Assembly (NCBI GenBank): GCA_963666285.1
Contig: OY762711.1
DNA length: 64,000 nucleotides
Origin: Sedimentisphaerales bacterium
Lineage (GTDB): Bacteria; Planctomycetota; Phycisphaerae; Sedimentisphaerales; SM23-30
Strand: one strand, 5' to 3'
Shown here: piece after piece, positions 50,109 through 60,408 of the stretch
How the letters are laid out: the number at the start of each line of letters is the position of its first letter
Numbering within the stretch: position 1 is the first letter of the stretch
Made by a program: the position numbers and the translations under genes
Notes under the pieces: model-generated
What the model was told of the DNA's origin: nothing
What the model saw: only the letters and a program-made list of their open reading frames with translations
Databases searched by the model: none

Positions 50109-51467
50109 TCAACAAAGCTTTTCCACTTTACTAACATAAGCTTCCACATCAAACTTTCTTTTCAGCCCCGCCGCATTCATATAGCGCACCTTGCCGAATA
50201 TCTCCCGCTCAGACCACGCCCGATCATGCTTGCCAAAGCACCACGCCACCCCCGCATAGCCGTTCGGATCACGACCATCCAGCTCATATTTATTATTCAG
50301 GTACAATGCCGCCTCATATGCCTGCCTGGGGCTCTTGCTCCATTCCAATATCTTCTTACCCCAATACATCCGCATATAGCCGTGCATCTTACCGGTCAGC
50401 ACCATCTCCATCTGCGCCGCATTCCAATACACATCATGCGTCAACCCTTTCTCCAGCTGCTCCAGCGAATAAACATACTCACGCTTATCACTACCATGAA
50501 ACCGCAGCGTATTCCTCGCCCACGGCGGCAGACACTCATACTTATCATAATCCCTGTTATAATAGACAAAGTTAAAACTCAGCTCCCGCCTCACTATCAG
50601 CTCTTCCAGAAACGAATCCTTCCCCACACTGTCAGTCTCCGCGGCCTTCAGAGCAACATACAGCGGTGATATCTGGCCAAAATGCAGGTACGGGCTAAGC
50701 CCCGAACAATAATCCAGGCTCGGGTCATTTCTCTTATCAGCAAAATTATCAATCTTATTCTTTAGAAAATCCGCCAGCCGCTTTTTCGCCTCAATCGTCC
50801 CGCCTTTATACTGTTCAACCGCCCCCACACTCCTGTCAATATCCAGCTTCGCCAGCGCCTTATCAATATCTGAAATATCAAAACACTTGATACCCTTAAA
50901 CTTCATCCCCAGACTATCATATTTAACCTTGCCATGCTTAACCGGCACCATATACTCTGTCAGCTGCTTATTAATCCTCGGCCGCAATGTGCCCGCCGAA
51001 TAATTCTCCTTATCAGAAACCTCCCGTATCGGCACTATCAGGTTTGTCTCAACCTCTACCATTCCGCAACCCGCCTCTTTCGCCGCGTCCCTTCGCCACT
51101 GCCGCTGAATCCTGGTATGACCGGCATCAACCACCACCATAGCGGCATCCTTCGCCATCTCCACTACCGCCTTCTCCGGCGACTTATGCAAAACCACCAG
51201 CTGAATCCCGCGCTTGGCCAAAGCCTGCCGGACATCTGCCAGCCCCTCAAACATAAAGGTATAATGCCGCAGATTCGCCTCAGGATAACCATCTGTAACC
51301 CCAAACATCGCCGCTACCGGCAGCTTCAGCTTATTAGCAGCCGTTATCGCATACTCCAGCGCATGATTATACTCCGACCTCTGGGCCGCCTGCATCCAGT
51401 ACAAAACATACCTGCCCTGCAGCACATCTGCATTATTCAAATATCTTATCCGCGTTTCCTCGATCAT
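50109..51467 (-). CDS. phr: Class II CPD DNA photolyase
   Basis: VLYWMQAAQR, LSPYLHFGQIS, MHGYMRMYWGKKILEW, DGRDPNGY, GKHDRAW. Confidence 0.93.
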   Translation of the reverse strand: MIEETRIRYLNNADVLQGRYVLYWMQAAQRSEYNHALEYAITAANKLKLPVAAMFGVTDGYPEANLRHYTFMFEGLADVRQALAKRGIQLVVLHKSPEKAVVEMAKDAAMVVVDAGHTRIQRQWRRDAAKEAGCGMVEVETNLIVPIREVSDKENYSAGTLRPRINKQLTEYMVPVKHGKVKYDSLGMKFKGIKCFDISDIDKALAKLDIDRSVGAVEQYKGGTIEAKKRLADFLKNKIDNFADKRNDPSLDYCSGLSPYLHFGQISPLYVALKAAETDSVGKDSFLEELIVRRELSFNFVYYNRDYDKYECLPPWARNTLRFHGSDKREYVYSLEQLEKGLTHDVYWNAAQMEMVLTGKMHGYMRMYWGKKILEWSKSPRQAYEAALYLNNKYELDGRDPNGYAGVAWCFGKHDRAWSEREIFGKVRYMNAAGLKRKFDVEAYVSKVEKLC

Positions 51468-51587
51468 ACCTGCTTTTCCTGCTCTTCAGTATTTACCGCC
51501 AACACTTCAAAACTTCCTACTCCTCGCTTCCATCTTCTAAACCAAAAGATATCTTTTTACAATTTGATATTGAAAATTAAAATAGTT

Positions 51588-51667
51588 TGCCGCTTTGCGG
51601 CATTCCTTGCCTAATACCAAATACCTGACAACTAATACCTCTCAAGCTGACCATCAGTCAGTTTGAG
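51588..51667. repeat. Complete composite REP-like repeat: palindrome + CTAATAC units + 27-bp palindrome
   Basis: TGCCGCTTTGCGGCA ... CTAATAC-CAAATAC ... CTCAAGCTGACCATCAGTCAGTTTGAG. Related pieces at 50024, 55360 and 60365/62067. Confidence 0.75.
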
Positions 51668-51697
51668 TTCTGACTTATTTGATTACTGGAAAGGCAA

Positions 51698-52690
51698 TCA
51701 AATATAATGCAATTCAATATCTCCAGCTCGCAACATCCCAAAAACATCTTCCAGGCTCTGCCAGAATCTTTCCACCTCAAGCTCTGACCAGAACTCCTTA
51801 AACCGGATAAACTTGATCTCCCTGTTATGCTTAACTTCTTCCAGCAAAAATTCCTGACCCGGCATAAGCTTAGCAACCAGAAATGCATACCGATGATCCA
51901 CGCCTACTCTTACATCGCTCTGCAGCAGGCTATCGCTCAATATCACTTCCCAAACATCATAGTCATGAATCTCGCCCAGCATAGCCTGTATCGCTTTCAC
52001 CTTCTGAACAAAACAATCCAATATGCCGCCCATTACCACATCAGACAGCTCAAGCGTATATCGCAGCTGCTTGGACTTAATACGCATATTATGATGTGCC
52101 TTCTTTTCTTCCGGGCTCGCCAGGCAATATTCACACTCTCTTAGCTTTTTTACCTTCTCACCAATTCTCATATGAAGCAGCTCGATACCTGACTCTGTGA
52201 CCCCGCCAGGAAAACTTGATTCATTATCTTTAAGAGTTTTTTTCAGCTCCTTGCGAATATCTTTTAATAATCCTTCTTTCCTCACCGATTCTATCGTTTC
52301 AATCAATCCCGGCTGACATTCCTGCCGTCTCTCCTGACGCTTTATCAAAATATCTTTCAAACCCGGTCGATATCTGCTTTCATTATCGCCCAGCTGAGAC
52401 AAGATATTTTCAAGGTATAATATCTGCACATCCAGATCACGTACATCACCCATCGCCCTCAGAAGATTAGCGACTTTCTTATGCCACTGTTTATAATGCT
52501 TTCTGTCAAAAAAATCCCGGAAAAATTCCAACCCGGCCAATAACCGCCGACATGATGTCCGACTCTGATGCACATCTTCTATATCATCAGAATCACATAC
52601 ACTTACCAGCTTTTTTTCCAGCCGCTTCGTATACTGATTGATATAATCATATCCCGGCAAAAACAAACTCATGTCACCAGAATATTTCAT
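51698..52690 (-). CDS. CHAD domain (polyphosphate-binding) protein
   Basis: EDVHQSRTSCRRL, GDVRDLDV, HNMRIKSKQLRYTLE, QAMLGEIHD. Confidence 0.88.
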   Translation of the reverse strand: MKYSGDMSLFLPGYDYINQYTKRLEKKLVSVCDSDDIEDVHQSRTSCRRLLAGLEFFRDFFDRKHYKQWHKKVANLLRAMGDVRDLDVQILYLENILSQLGDNESRYRPGLKDILIKRQERRQECQPGLIETIESVRKEGLLKDIRKELKKTLKDNESSFPGGVTESGIELLHMRIGEKVKKLRECEYCLASPEEKKAHHNMRIKSKQLRYTLELSDVVMGGILDCFVQKVKAIQAMLGEIHDYDVWEVILSDSLLQSDVRVGVDHRYAFLVAKLMPGQEFLLEEVKHNREIKFIRFKEFWSELEVERFWQSLEDVFGMLRAGDIELHYI

Positions 52691-52815
52691 AATACCGCCT
52701 GTCGAAAACGAGAATGCCGTAACTACAGCCATCCCCTATATTTACACCAAAATACAAGCCCTGTAATTACTTATATCGTAATTCTGCATATTATTTGTTA
52801 ATCTTTGGTGATATT

Positions 52816-55185
52816 TTACTCTCTATTATCTGTTGATGCAATCTCTTCCGCTCGCTTCTGCAATTCCTGGTCCATTCTAGGATAGTATACCTCACGATGT
52901 GGAAACAGCTTCGGCTGAAGCTCCATACAGCCGCGTTCTATTTCCAGCGCGTTCTCCGCCAGGTTTCGGGCCTGACCTATATCGCCAAACTCAAACTTAA
53001 TATCCGCCAGCATCGTAAGAACATCCGAATTCCCCGGGTATTTCTCCAGGTAATCTGAAAAATAACCGGCCGCCTTATCATAATTCTTCTTCCGCTCTTC
53101 ACTGCCAACTTTATATTGACCACCTCTTTTCATATATAGCTCGCCCAGCAATTTGTCATACTTAAAATGTGCCGGATCTCGCTCGATAGCTTTTAGCAGA
53201 GAATCAACCGCTGTATCAAAATATTTATTCTTTTTTAATTCACTATTATACCACAACTGGTTACATAACCTGCCGGCATAGAGCAAAGATCGCGAATCAT
53301 TCTGACAGGAATCTGCATTCTCCAGGCAAATATCAACAGCCATTTCCGCATAGCTCAATTGACGCGTTCGACCGGCCATAATTACATATTTTTCCGCCTG
53401 GCTCATCGCCTTATCTGTTCGATAAACTCCACCACCCAGACCCGGCAGCACTGCCGTCAACAAAATCACAACCACACCGGCTGCACACGCATACAGGTAT
53501 ATCGGCTTACGCCTGATAATTACTATTTCACCTTCCTTTGACGAAACTGCCAAAGCCGCCAGCATAAAAAACAACATGCCCACTACCGGCTGAAAAAATG
53601 CAAAATCTATCGTATTATGCAACGCAAATGCCGCCAAACCTGCCAGCAGCGGTATCAAAACACGACGACCGCTTACTTCCAAACTGATTTCTTCCCGGCA
53701 TAAAAACAGGTATCCAAATAATAAAAATATCAATCCAAACGTTATCGCCGGCCCCAGCGTCAGGTACATTTTCGCTACTGTCGGCATCTCACCTAAACTA
53801 TCTTCAACCGATAGCATACGTATTACAAATATTGATATCGACATAATCACTGCAGTTAAACAAACTTCAAATATCGGATATTTATTGTCAGCCGACTCTT
53901 CTAACTCCAAATCATCTAACTGCGATTGCCTGCCAGGCATTACCAGCTTCCACAAAACTGCCAAGGTCGCCCATACCATTGCCGCTATTCCCAATAAACC
54001 CCACTGGCTGAAGATTGCCAGCGGTACACAATGCGGATCTTTCACTACCTCTGGACTTGATGAATTCATATACAGACTGTAATAATGATCGAAATTGAAC
54101 GGCCCGACTCCTGTCAGCCAATGGTCGGTAATCATTCCCGCGGTCGCCTGCCAGTATTGCCAGCGAATCCACAAATTTGAGGTCGGCAGCCTGTCATAAA
54201 GATTACCATAAACTGCAACTGCTGCGGTTCCACCGGCAATTATCAGTATAAATAAACCAAACATTACCCTGCGATATCTGTTTTTTCTCAAAATCGCCAT
54301 ACCGGCAATAGCGGCAAACATAGCAGCCAGGGATAATTTTCCTCCCGTACTATCTGTTAAATTAATGCCCAGCATCAAAATCAGCATCAATACCGCACAT
54401 ATTATTAGCGATATCGGCACCTGCCCCTTCTTCCACCCCCCGGCTCCGAGCACCGCAATCGCTCCGGCAACCGTCAGCAATAAAAAAGAGGCGGCCGTAT
54501 TACTTATCGCAAAATATCCGCCTGTATCACGGCTCCTTACACGCTCTTCCATCTGACGAGCCTGCCAGGAACTTGGCTCCAGCCCCTGCTTGTGCATAAA
54601 ACCGTTATAATCTGACTCCATCTGACTAACGGTGTCCTCATGTTCGCCCTGCTGTTCATAACATCGCAATACCTCACACACTCCCATTGCCAATACTACC
54701 GCTAATAGTATTTTACGCTTTGTATCAGAACCCAGCAGCTGCACCATTACCAGACCCGCGGCCATCATCGATAATAGATTAAGCCCTGAAACCAGCCCCA
54801 CACTTTTATCTGATGCCGAAATATAAGACAGCACCGTAGCTATAACCAGCAAAACAAAAGGACATGCCATACCAGTCTTTCGCCACAACAAATCACCAAA
54901 CTTAAGCTTTAATATCAGCCAGATACCACAGCCCAGAAGAAGCACAATATCAAAACTCAGCATAAAACTCAAACCGCCAAAGCCGACTATCCCGCCGCCT
55001 GCATTTTCACCTACAAGCGGCTCTGACGATGGAAATACTTCATTAACAAACAACCGGCATACTAATACTGCTGTAAACACAACAAATACAATATTATCAA
55101 CCACTGTATTTGCGTTTTTCAATTTGTACTTATCAATATTCACAGAATCAAAACCCTTAATTACTATAAGCAACCGGTCTAACAT
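52816..55185 (-). CDS. O-antigen ligase-like membrane protein with C-terminal TPR region
   Basis: Multi-TM; RWQYWQAT..HWLTGVGPFNF..DPHC; helical C-terminus. Start uncertain. Confidence 0.8.
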   Translation of the reverse strand: MLDRLLIVIKGFDSVNIDKYKLKNANTVVDNIVFVVFTAVLVCRLFVNEVFPSSEPLVGENAGGGIVGFGGLSFMLSFDIVLLLGCGIWLILKLKFGDLLWRKTGMACPFVLLVIATVLSYISASDKSVGLVSGLNLLSMMAAGLVMVQLLGSDTKRKILLAVVLAMGVCEVLRCYEQQGEHEDTVSQMESDYNGFMHKQGLEPSSWQARQMEERVRSRDTGGYFAISNTAASFLLLTVAGAIAVLGAGGWKKGQVPISLIICAVLMLILMLGINLTDSTGGKLSLAAMFAAIAGMAILRKNRYRRVMFGLFILIIAGGTAAVAVYGNLYDRLPTSNLWIRWQYWQATAGMITDHWLTGVGPFNFDHYYSLYMNSSSPEVVKDPHCVPLAIFSQWGLLGIAAMVWATLAVLWKLVMPGRQSQLDDLELEESADNKYPIFEVCLTAVIMSISIFVIRMLSVEDSLGEMPTVAKMYLTLGPAITFGLIFLLFGYLFLCREEISLEVSGRRVLIPLLAGLAAFALHNTIDFAFFQPVVGMLFFMLAALAVSSKEGEIVIIRRKPIYLYACAAGVVVILLTAVLPGLGGGVYRTDKAMSQAEKYVIMAGRTRQLSYAEMAVDICLENADSCQNDSRSLLYAGRLCNQLWYNSELKKNKYFDTAVDSLLKAIERDPAHFKYDKLLGELYMKRGGQYKVGSEERKKNYDKAAGYFSDYLEKYPGNSDVLTMLADIKFEFGDIGQARNLAENALEIERGCMELQPKLFPHREVYYPRMDQELQKRAEEIASTDNRE

Positions 55186-55359
55186 AATTATTACATATAC
55201 CCATAGCCGTTGCACGATGTGATGCGAAGCATATATTGCCCGTTCGAGCTTGATACAAATAATTACATTATCATTACTTACCTTCCGAGCGATCAGACAA
55301 AATCATACACTATTTGTATACTACGTATTGTAAAACATTCCCCTTCTTCCTTAACTCTT

Positions 55360-55386
55360 CTCAAACTGACCATCGGCCAGTTTGAG
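55360..55386. repeat. 27-bp palindrome (REP-like unit)
   Basis: CTCAAACTGACCATCGGCCAGTTTGAG; related copies at 51641-51667 and 62067-62093. Confidence 0.8.
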
Positions 55387-55692
55387 TAAGTTATCACAAT
55401 ATATTACTAAATTCCAGATAAAAAGAATTACCCCGACCACATAGCCCACATATGAAACCTTAATTCCAAAATATCCCTAAAATACGCGTTATTTTTACCC
55501 TTATCACCAAAAAATGCCCAAAACTGACTAATATCCTGCGCGAAATGCTCTATAATAGGGCGGTTTTTGTGGTATAATAATCCGTACATGGATTATTAAG
55601 TTCAGAATAGAACCCCTTATCTGGTTATATGGACTTTTATATTTTTTTAGTAAGAACTTTGATTTGTTAATGAATAAAGAAGAGGAAATCAA

Positions 55693-56943
55693 ATGAAAAT
55701 CGAGAAATACTCATTTGGAATAGGAGACCGTTTTGCCCATCAGGGCAAAGCTCAGCTCCAGGCCATGATCAACGCAGCTGAACTTGGCATAAACATTGTT
55801 CCGGTATGGAACAAGTCTTTCCGCGAACACAAAACTATTGGTACCAAACCTCAAAGTGTACGCGCTGAAGCTAACGAAGCTGTTGCTGATCTGGGCTGGG
55901 AAAAGCCTTTCTACTGTGATGCCGACCATATTAACCTGTCAAATGTCGACCTGTTCCTGGAAAGCTGCGACTTTTTCACGCTTGATGTTGCAGACTATAT
56001 CGGCCAGAAAGCAAGTGATGAAGACATCGCGGCTTTCGTCGAAAAGCATTCTCAGCTGACCGGCTCTCTAGATATCCCCGGCATAGAAGAACCTATCGAA
56101 GTTACAAAAGAGGATATCAAAGCTATCGCTGAAAAAACGCTGCTCGCTGTCCAGGAAGCCGGTAAAATTTACCGTTATATCGCCGAAAACAAAGGCGAAG
56201 GAAATTTCATTACCGAAGTCTCCATGGACGAAACCGACCTGCCGCAAACGCCAAAGGAAATGCTCTTTATTCTGGCCGCTATCTCAGACGAGCAGATACC
56301 GGCCCAGACCATCGCCCCAAAGTTCACCGGACGTTTCAATAAAGGTGTTAACTATGTCGGTGATATCGATACTTTCGCCAAAGAATTCGAGCAGGATGTA
56401 GCCGTTATCGACTTCGCCGTTAAAACTTTCTGTCTGCCTGAAACTCTCAAACTCAGCGTCCACTCCGGCAGCGATAAATTCAGTATATACGCTCCTATCA
56501 ACAAGACTCTCAAGAAATTCAACGCCGGAATCCATGTCAAAACCGCTGGCACAACCTGGCTCGAAGAAGTTGCCGGACTCGCACTCGCTGGCGGTGAAGG
56601 ACTCGAAATCGCCAAGCAGGTATACACCGATGCTCTCGCAAGATTTGACGAACTCTGCGGACCGTATGCTACCGTTATCGATATCGACAAGGACAAACTG
56701 CCATCTGTCAAGGAAGTCAACGAATGGGACGAACAGACTTTCGCCGCTAAACTTCGACACGATCCGGAAAACCCGCTATACGACCTCAACGTCAGACAGC
56801 TTATCCATGTCGGATACAAGGTCGCTGCGGAAATGGGCGATAAATTCATCTTCGCCCTCAAACGATACGAAACCGTCATCGCCAAAGGCGTTACCGAAAA
56901 TATCTTTGAAAAACACATCCTGAAAATATTCAAAGATATGTAA
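55693..56943 (+). CDS. uxaE: Tagaturonate/fructuronate epimerase
   Basis: SFGIGDRF, DADH, EVSMDE, KLSVHSGSDKF, HVKTAGTTWLE, RQLIHVGY. Confidence 0.9.
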   Translation: MKIEKYSFGIGDRFAHQGKAQLQAMINAAELGINIVPVWNKSFREHKTIGTKPQSVRAEANEAVADLGWEKPFYCDADHINLSNVDLFLESCDFFTLDVADYIGQKASDEDIAAFVEKHSQLTGSLDIPGIEEPIEVTKEDIKAIAEKTLLAVQEAGKIYRYIAENKGEGNFITEVSMDETDLPQTPKEMLFILAAISDEQIPAQTIAPKFTGRFNKGVNYVGDIDTFAKEFEQDVAVIDFAVKTFCLPETLKLSVHSGSDKFSIYAPINKTLKKFNAGIHVKTAGTTWLEEVAGLALAGGEGLEIAKQVYTDALARFDELCGPYATVIDIDKDKLPSVKEVNEWDEQTFAAKLRHDPENPLYDLNVRQLIHVGYKVAAEMGDKFIFALKRYETVIAKGVTENIFEKHILKIFKDM

Positions 56944-56962
56944 AATACAAACTACAATATTC

Positions 56963-57000
56963 AAGGGCACTCTGGACTATATCCTTTGTGCCCTTTTTTT
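56963..57000 (+). terminator. Intrinsic terminator after uxaE
   Basis: AAGGGCAC..GTGCCCTT followed by a T-run. Confidence 0.7.
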
Positions 57001-57346
57001 ATTTATGCCATTTCCCACTGCCAACCTCAGCGATTATCAAGCCGCGAGTAAAACTTTCGGTAAAGTCGAAAATCCGCCTCAGGCGACCGTTTCAACAGTC
57101 TAACCTGAGCGACACCTTCCCTGCTAACTGCTAAGTAACATCTATTTTCTACACTTTCCACTCTGCTGCATTGTTCCTTCCCCAAAAAACAATTACCCGT
57201 ATTATTTTGTTTTTTATATTTTTTCAAAACATTTGCGCAAGATAGCAAATTTAGATGCTTATATAGTACAGTAATAAGCATTTTTCCCGGAAAAATATTG
57301 AATTTTAACAAAAACAAGAACTAAAAAACAAGAAAAGGAAAATACC

Positions 57347-57688
57347 ATGACTACAGCAGCAATTAACACAAATCGTCCTAAATCCATAACAGCAGTCTGC
57401 ACTATAGGCATATTGGGTTTATTCGGAGTAATGGCAATATTATTCTCAGCAATTTCAAATCAGGTCAATCCGCTTTTAATTTCGCACCTGCTGATTTCTT
57501 CCGCTATCGGTGCAGCATGCTTTTTCGGCATGTGGAAGATGAAAAAATGGTCTGTTTACGTATATACAGGGCTTTTTGTAATTAACCAGGTACTTGCTTT
57601 TGCAACTGGCGGATGGAGTCTAATGACAATTCTGGTACCGGCAATCATAATTTATGTCGGTTGGAAAAATATCACAAAGATGTCCTAG
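57347..57688 (+). CDS. Small 4-TM hypothetical membrane protein
   Basis: AAGGA RBS; RPKSIT..GMWKMKKWS; hydrophobic throughout. Confidence 0.75.
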   Translation: MTTAAINTNRPKSITAVCTIGILGLFGVMAILFSAISNQVNPLLISHLLISSAIGAACFFGMWKMKKWSVYVYTGLFVINQVLAFATGGWSLMTILVPAIIIYVGWKNITKMS

Positions 57689-57746
57689 ATGCTCATCAAA
57701 GTTTTGCTGACAATAACAATTTGATAATCAGGAAAAGGAAAATATC

Positions 57747-58406
57747 ATGAATACAGCAGCAACTAACATTAATCATCCAAAAAACATTTCTGCATTCCGC
57801 ACTATTGTTTCTTTAAGTTTAATTGGAATATTTTCATTACTATTCTTACCTGGTTGCAAAGATAATAGTTCAACCAAAAACAATACCGTAAATGAAAAAT
57901 CTACGGGTGAAAATGATTGCTCATTGAACATTGTACCTGCCGATAAAAACGGATTAAAATTATTATTCACTGAACTGCAGGAAGCTATTTGGTCTGATGA
58001 TACTGAAACTGCACTGGTAATAACAAAGTCTTTGTTCCCGGATGAAACAAGCCTTCGTAAAGTCGTCAAAGACCCAGAAGCCATCAAAAATGTCAAAGAA
58101 ATGCACAGTAAGTTTTGTAACGAACCCGACCAGAAACTCGCTGGATTATTTAGAGCTGATCCCGAGAATACCGAAATTCTTGTTTTCCCGGCAACCACCG
58201 AGGAAATTGCCGGCGAAATTGGCAGGGGCAGTAAATTCCCTGGTGGCGCGGTCAACCTGGCCAAAACAGTTCTACAACCGAATGTAACTTTTTACGAGGT
58301 CAAACTGGTTAAACCTGGCGAAACACTTGGCATGGCATACCACTTGTTTTATCATGATGGTAAAAACTGGAAAATGCTTGGACCGGCCTGGCGTGTCCTG
58401 CATTAA
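57747..58406 (+). CDS. Hypothetical lipoprotein
   Basis: AAGGA RBS; lipobox FLPGC; followed by a terminator-like hairpin at about 58456-58487. Confidence 0.7.
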   Translation: MNTAATNINHPKNISAFRTIVSLSLIGIFSLLFLPGCKDNSSTKNNTVNEKSTGENDCSLNIVPADKNGLKLLFTELQEAIWSDDTETALVITKSLFPDETSLRKVVKDPEAIKNVKEMHSKFCNEPDQKLAGLFRADPENTEILVFPATTEEIAGEIGRGSKFPGGAVNLAKTVLQPNVTFYEVKLVKPGETLGMAYHLFYHDGKNWKMLGPAWRVLH

Positions 58407-58851
58407 GATAACCGCCTCACCGCAGGATATATAATAGAAATTCCCTACACTACACAAAAAGCACAAGTCACTGACCTGTGCTTTTTTATTGTTCCGAACG
58501 ACTATCATTAAAACGCTTCTTTCTTTCCTATTCCGTTCTAGAGCACTTTAATATTTTCTGTTCCGATTTATGCCTCTGTGAGGACGAGGCTGACAAAGAA
58601 GAAAACACAGTAATATTCATATATTACGAGCACTTCTGATGAAGCCACCCGACCAGCGACCTTCGACCACCGGGTACTTCTTCAAAACTTCTTCCGCTCC
58701 CGCAGTAGCTAGTGAACTTACCATTCCATCTAGCGATATCATTATTGCCATTATCAACATTAACTTTTTCTTGATCATCATAACACCTTTCCTGTCTATA
58801 TAATGCCTAATTATTTTTCATCCTTCAGACCTCATACTTCTCAAAATTAAG

Positions 58852-60258
58852 TTATTCATTTTGAGCTTGTTTCCACTCCCTGAACTCATCATTACCACTC
58901 AGCATATGCTCAAAAGCCGCCATCTCTGTTCCCATACCGCTATCACCCTGCGATGCCATCCATTTATCCAGCTGCCTCTTCAACTTGGCCTGAACCTCTG
59001 AATATTTTACCTGACCGGCTAAATTAGTCATATTATAGGGATCATTCACAACATCATAAAGCTCAAACTCTGGCCTGGTAAAAAAACGCTCTAACATAGC
59101 CTTGGCATGTACGTCACCTTTATCCGCTTTCCTCTCCCAGCTCTTAAACCAGTCTGTATTCACAGCAGTATTCCGGAATTTTGCTTCCGGGTCGATATTC
59201 CATATCAGCTTATACTCATCTGACCTAACCGAACGTATCGGGTAATCACGCGGCCCGTTATATATCCCGCGAGTAGTCTGCAATCCAAAAACATATTCTT
59301 TATGCTTGTCTGTCTTGCCGGCAAATACATCCAGCATACTCCTGCCATCCAGTATATCAGCTGGCGTCCCGCCCGCAGCTTCGACAAAAGTTGGTACTAT
59401 ATCAACATACTCTACCATAGCGTCAGATTCCGCACCCTTGGCCGCCTTACCCGGCCAGCGCACAACCATAATCGACTGCAGCCCGGAATCATAACACGAC
59501 CACTTGGCAAATGGAAACGAGTTGCCCTGCTCCGACACCACCATCACCAGCGTATTATCTGCCAGTTTATGTTTATCCAGCATCGCCAGTATCTCGCCAA
59601 CCTGGTTATCAAAGTATGTTATCTCTGCCAGGTAATTAATATATCTTTCCCGTGTCTTTGGCGTATCTACCATATACGGGCGAAGCTTCAATTCCTCCGA
59701 TTTATATAGCTTGCGATACTCCTTACCTTTATTCCATGGAGTATGCGGCTCATTCGAACACGCCATCAGGCAAAACGGGGTATCACTGCCGGCACATTCG
59801 CCAAAAAGCTTATCAATTTCTTCCATTGACGGATTAGCACCGTCTCCTTTTGCATTGCTGTATTCAAATGGAAATACTTCTATCGGGCCAATATGCCTCT
59901 TACCTGACAATGCCACCCGGTAACCCAGCGGCTTGAGATATTGTACTATACTCTTTGTTCCTTCCTTGGCAAAGGTATGGTTAGGATACGCTCCGCTTTT
60001 TACCGGGTATAAACCGGTATATATACAATGCCTGGTCGGCGAACACATCGGCGCAGCCTGGAAGCATCTCTTCATCCGGATACCTTCGGTCGCCAGTTTA
60101 TCGACATTAGGCGTATGAGCCTGGCCGCCGTAACATCCGATATCACGAAAAGTGCAATCGTCAGCTATAATGAATAAGAAATTCGGCTTATCCGCCGCCA
60201 GCGAAAAACTACATAACAGAAATAAAACAACAACTGGTAAACAATACTTTTTCTTCAT
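58852..60258 (-). CDS. Secreted sulfatase (S1 family)
   Basis: PNFLFIIADD, CSPTR (CxPxR), GKRH, EPHTPW. Confidence 0.93.
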   Translation of the reverse strand: MKKKYCLPVVVLFLLCSFSLAADKPNFLFIIADDCTFRDIGCYGGQAHTPNVDKLATEGIRMKRCFQAAPMCSPTRHCIYTGLYPVKSGAYPNHTFAKEGTKSIVQYLKPLGYRVALSGKRHIGPIEVFPFEYSNAKGDGANPSMEEIDKLFGECAGSDTPFCLMACSNEPHTPWNKGKEYRKLYKSEELKLRPYMVDTPKTRERYINYLAEITYFDNQVGEILAMLDKHKLADNTLVMVVSEQGNSFPFAKWSCYDSGLQSIMVVRWPGKAAKGAESDAMVEYVDIVPTFVEAAGGTPADILDGRSMLDVFAGKTDKHKEYVFGLQTTRGIYNGPRDYPIRSVRSDEYKLIWNIDPEAKFRNTAVNTDWFKSWERKADKGDVHAKAMLERFFTRPEFELYDVVNDPYNMTNLAGQVKYSEVQAKLKRQLDKWMASQGDSGMGTEMAAFEHMLSGNDEFREWKQAQNE

Positions 60259-60408
60259 TTACGTTCCTTTTTGCAATTTAACTTACTCAAAGTGACCGAT
60301 TTTACACTTTTTATTGCTATAACACAATTTAATGCAAATTGTTACATTAATGATTTAATTAGCTTGCCGCTTTGCGGCAAACCTTCCCTAATACCAAATA
60401 CCTAATAC

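Noticed and set aside
57027..57160. ncRNA or riboswitch from the CTCAGG..CCTGAG hairpin, or the 96-aa minus ORF
   Set aside because: The hairpin is real but matches no family I can recognise, and the ORF has no coding features.
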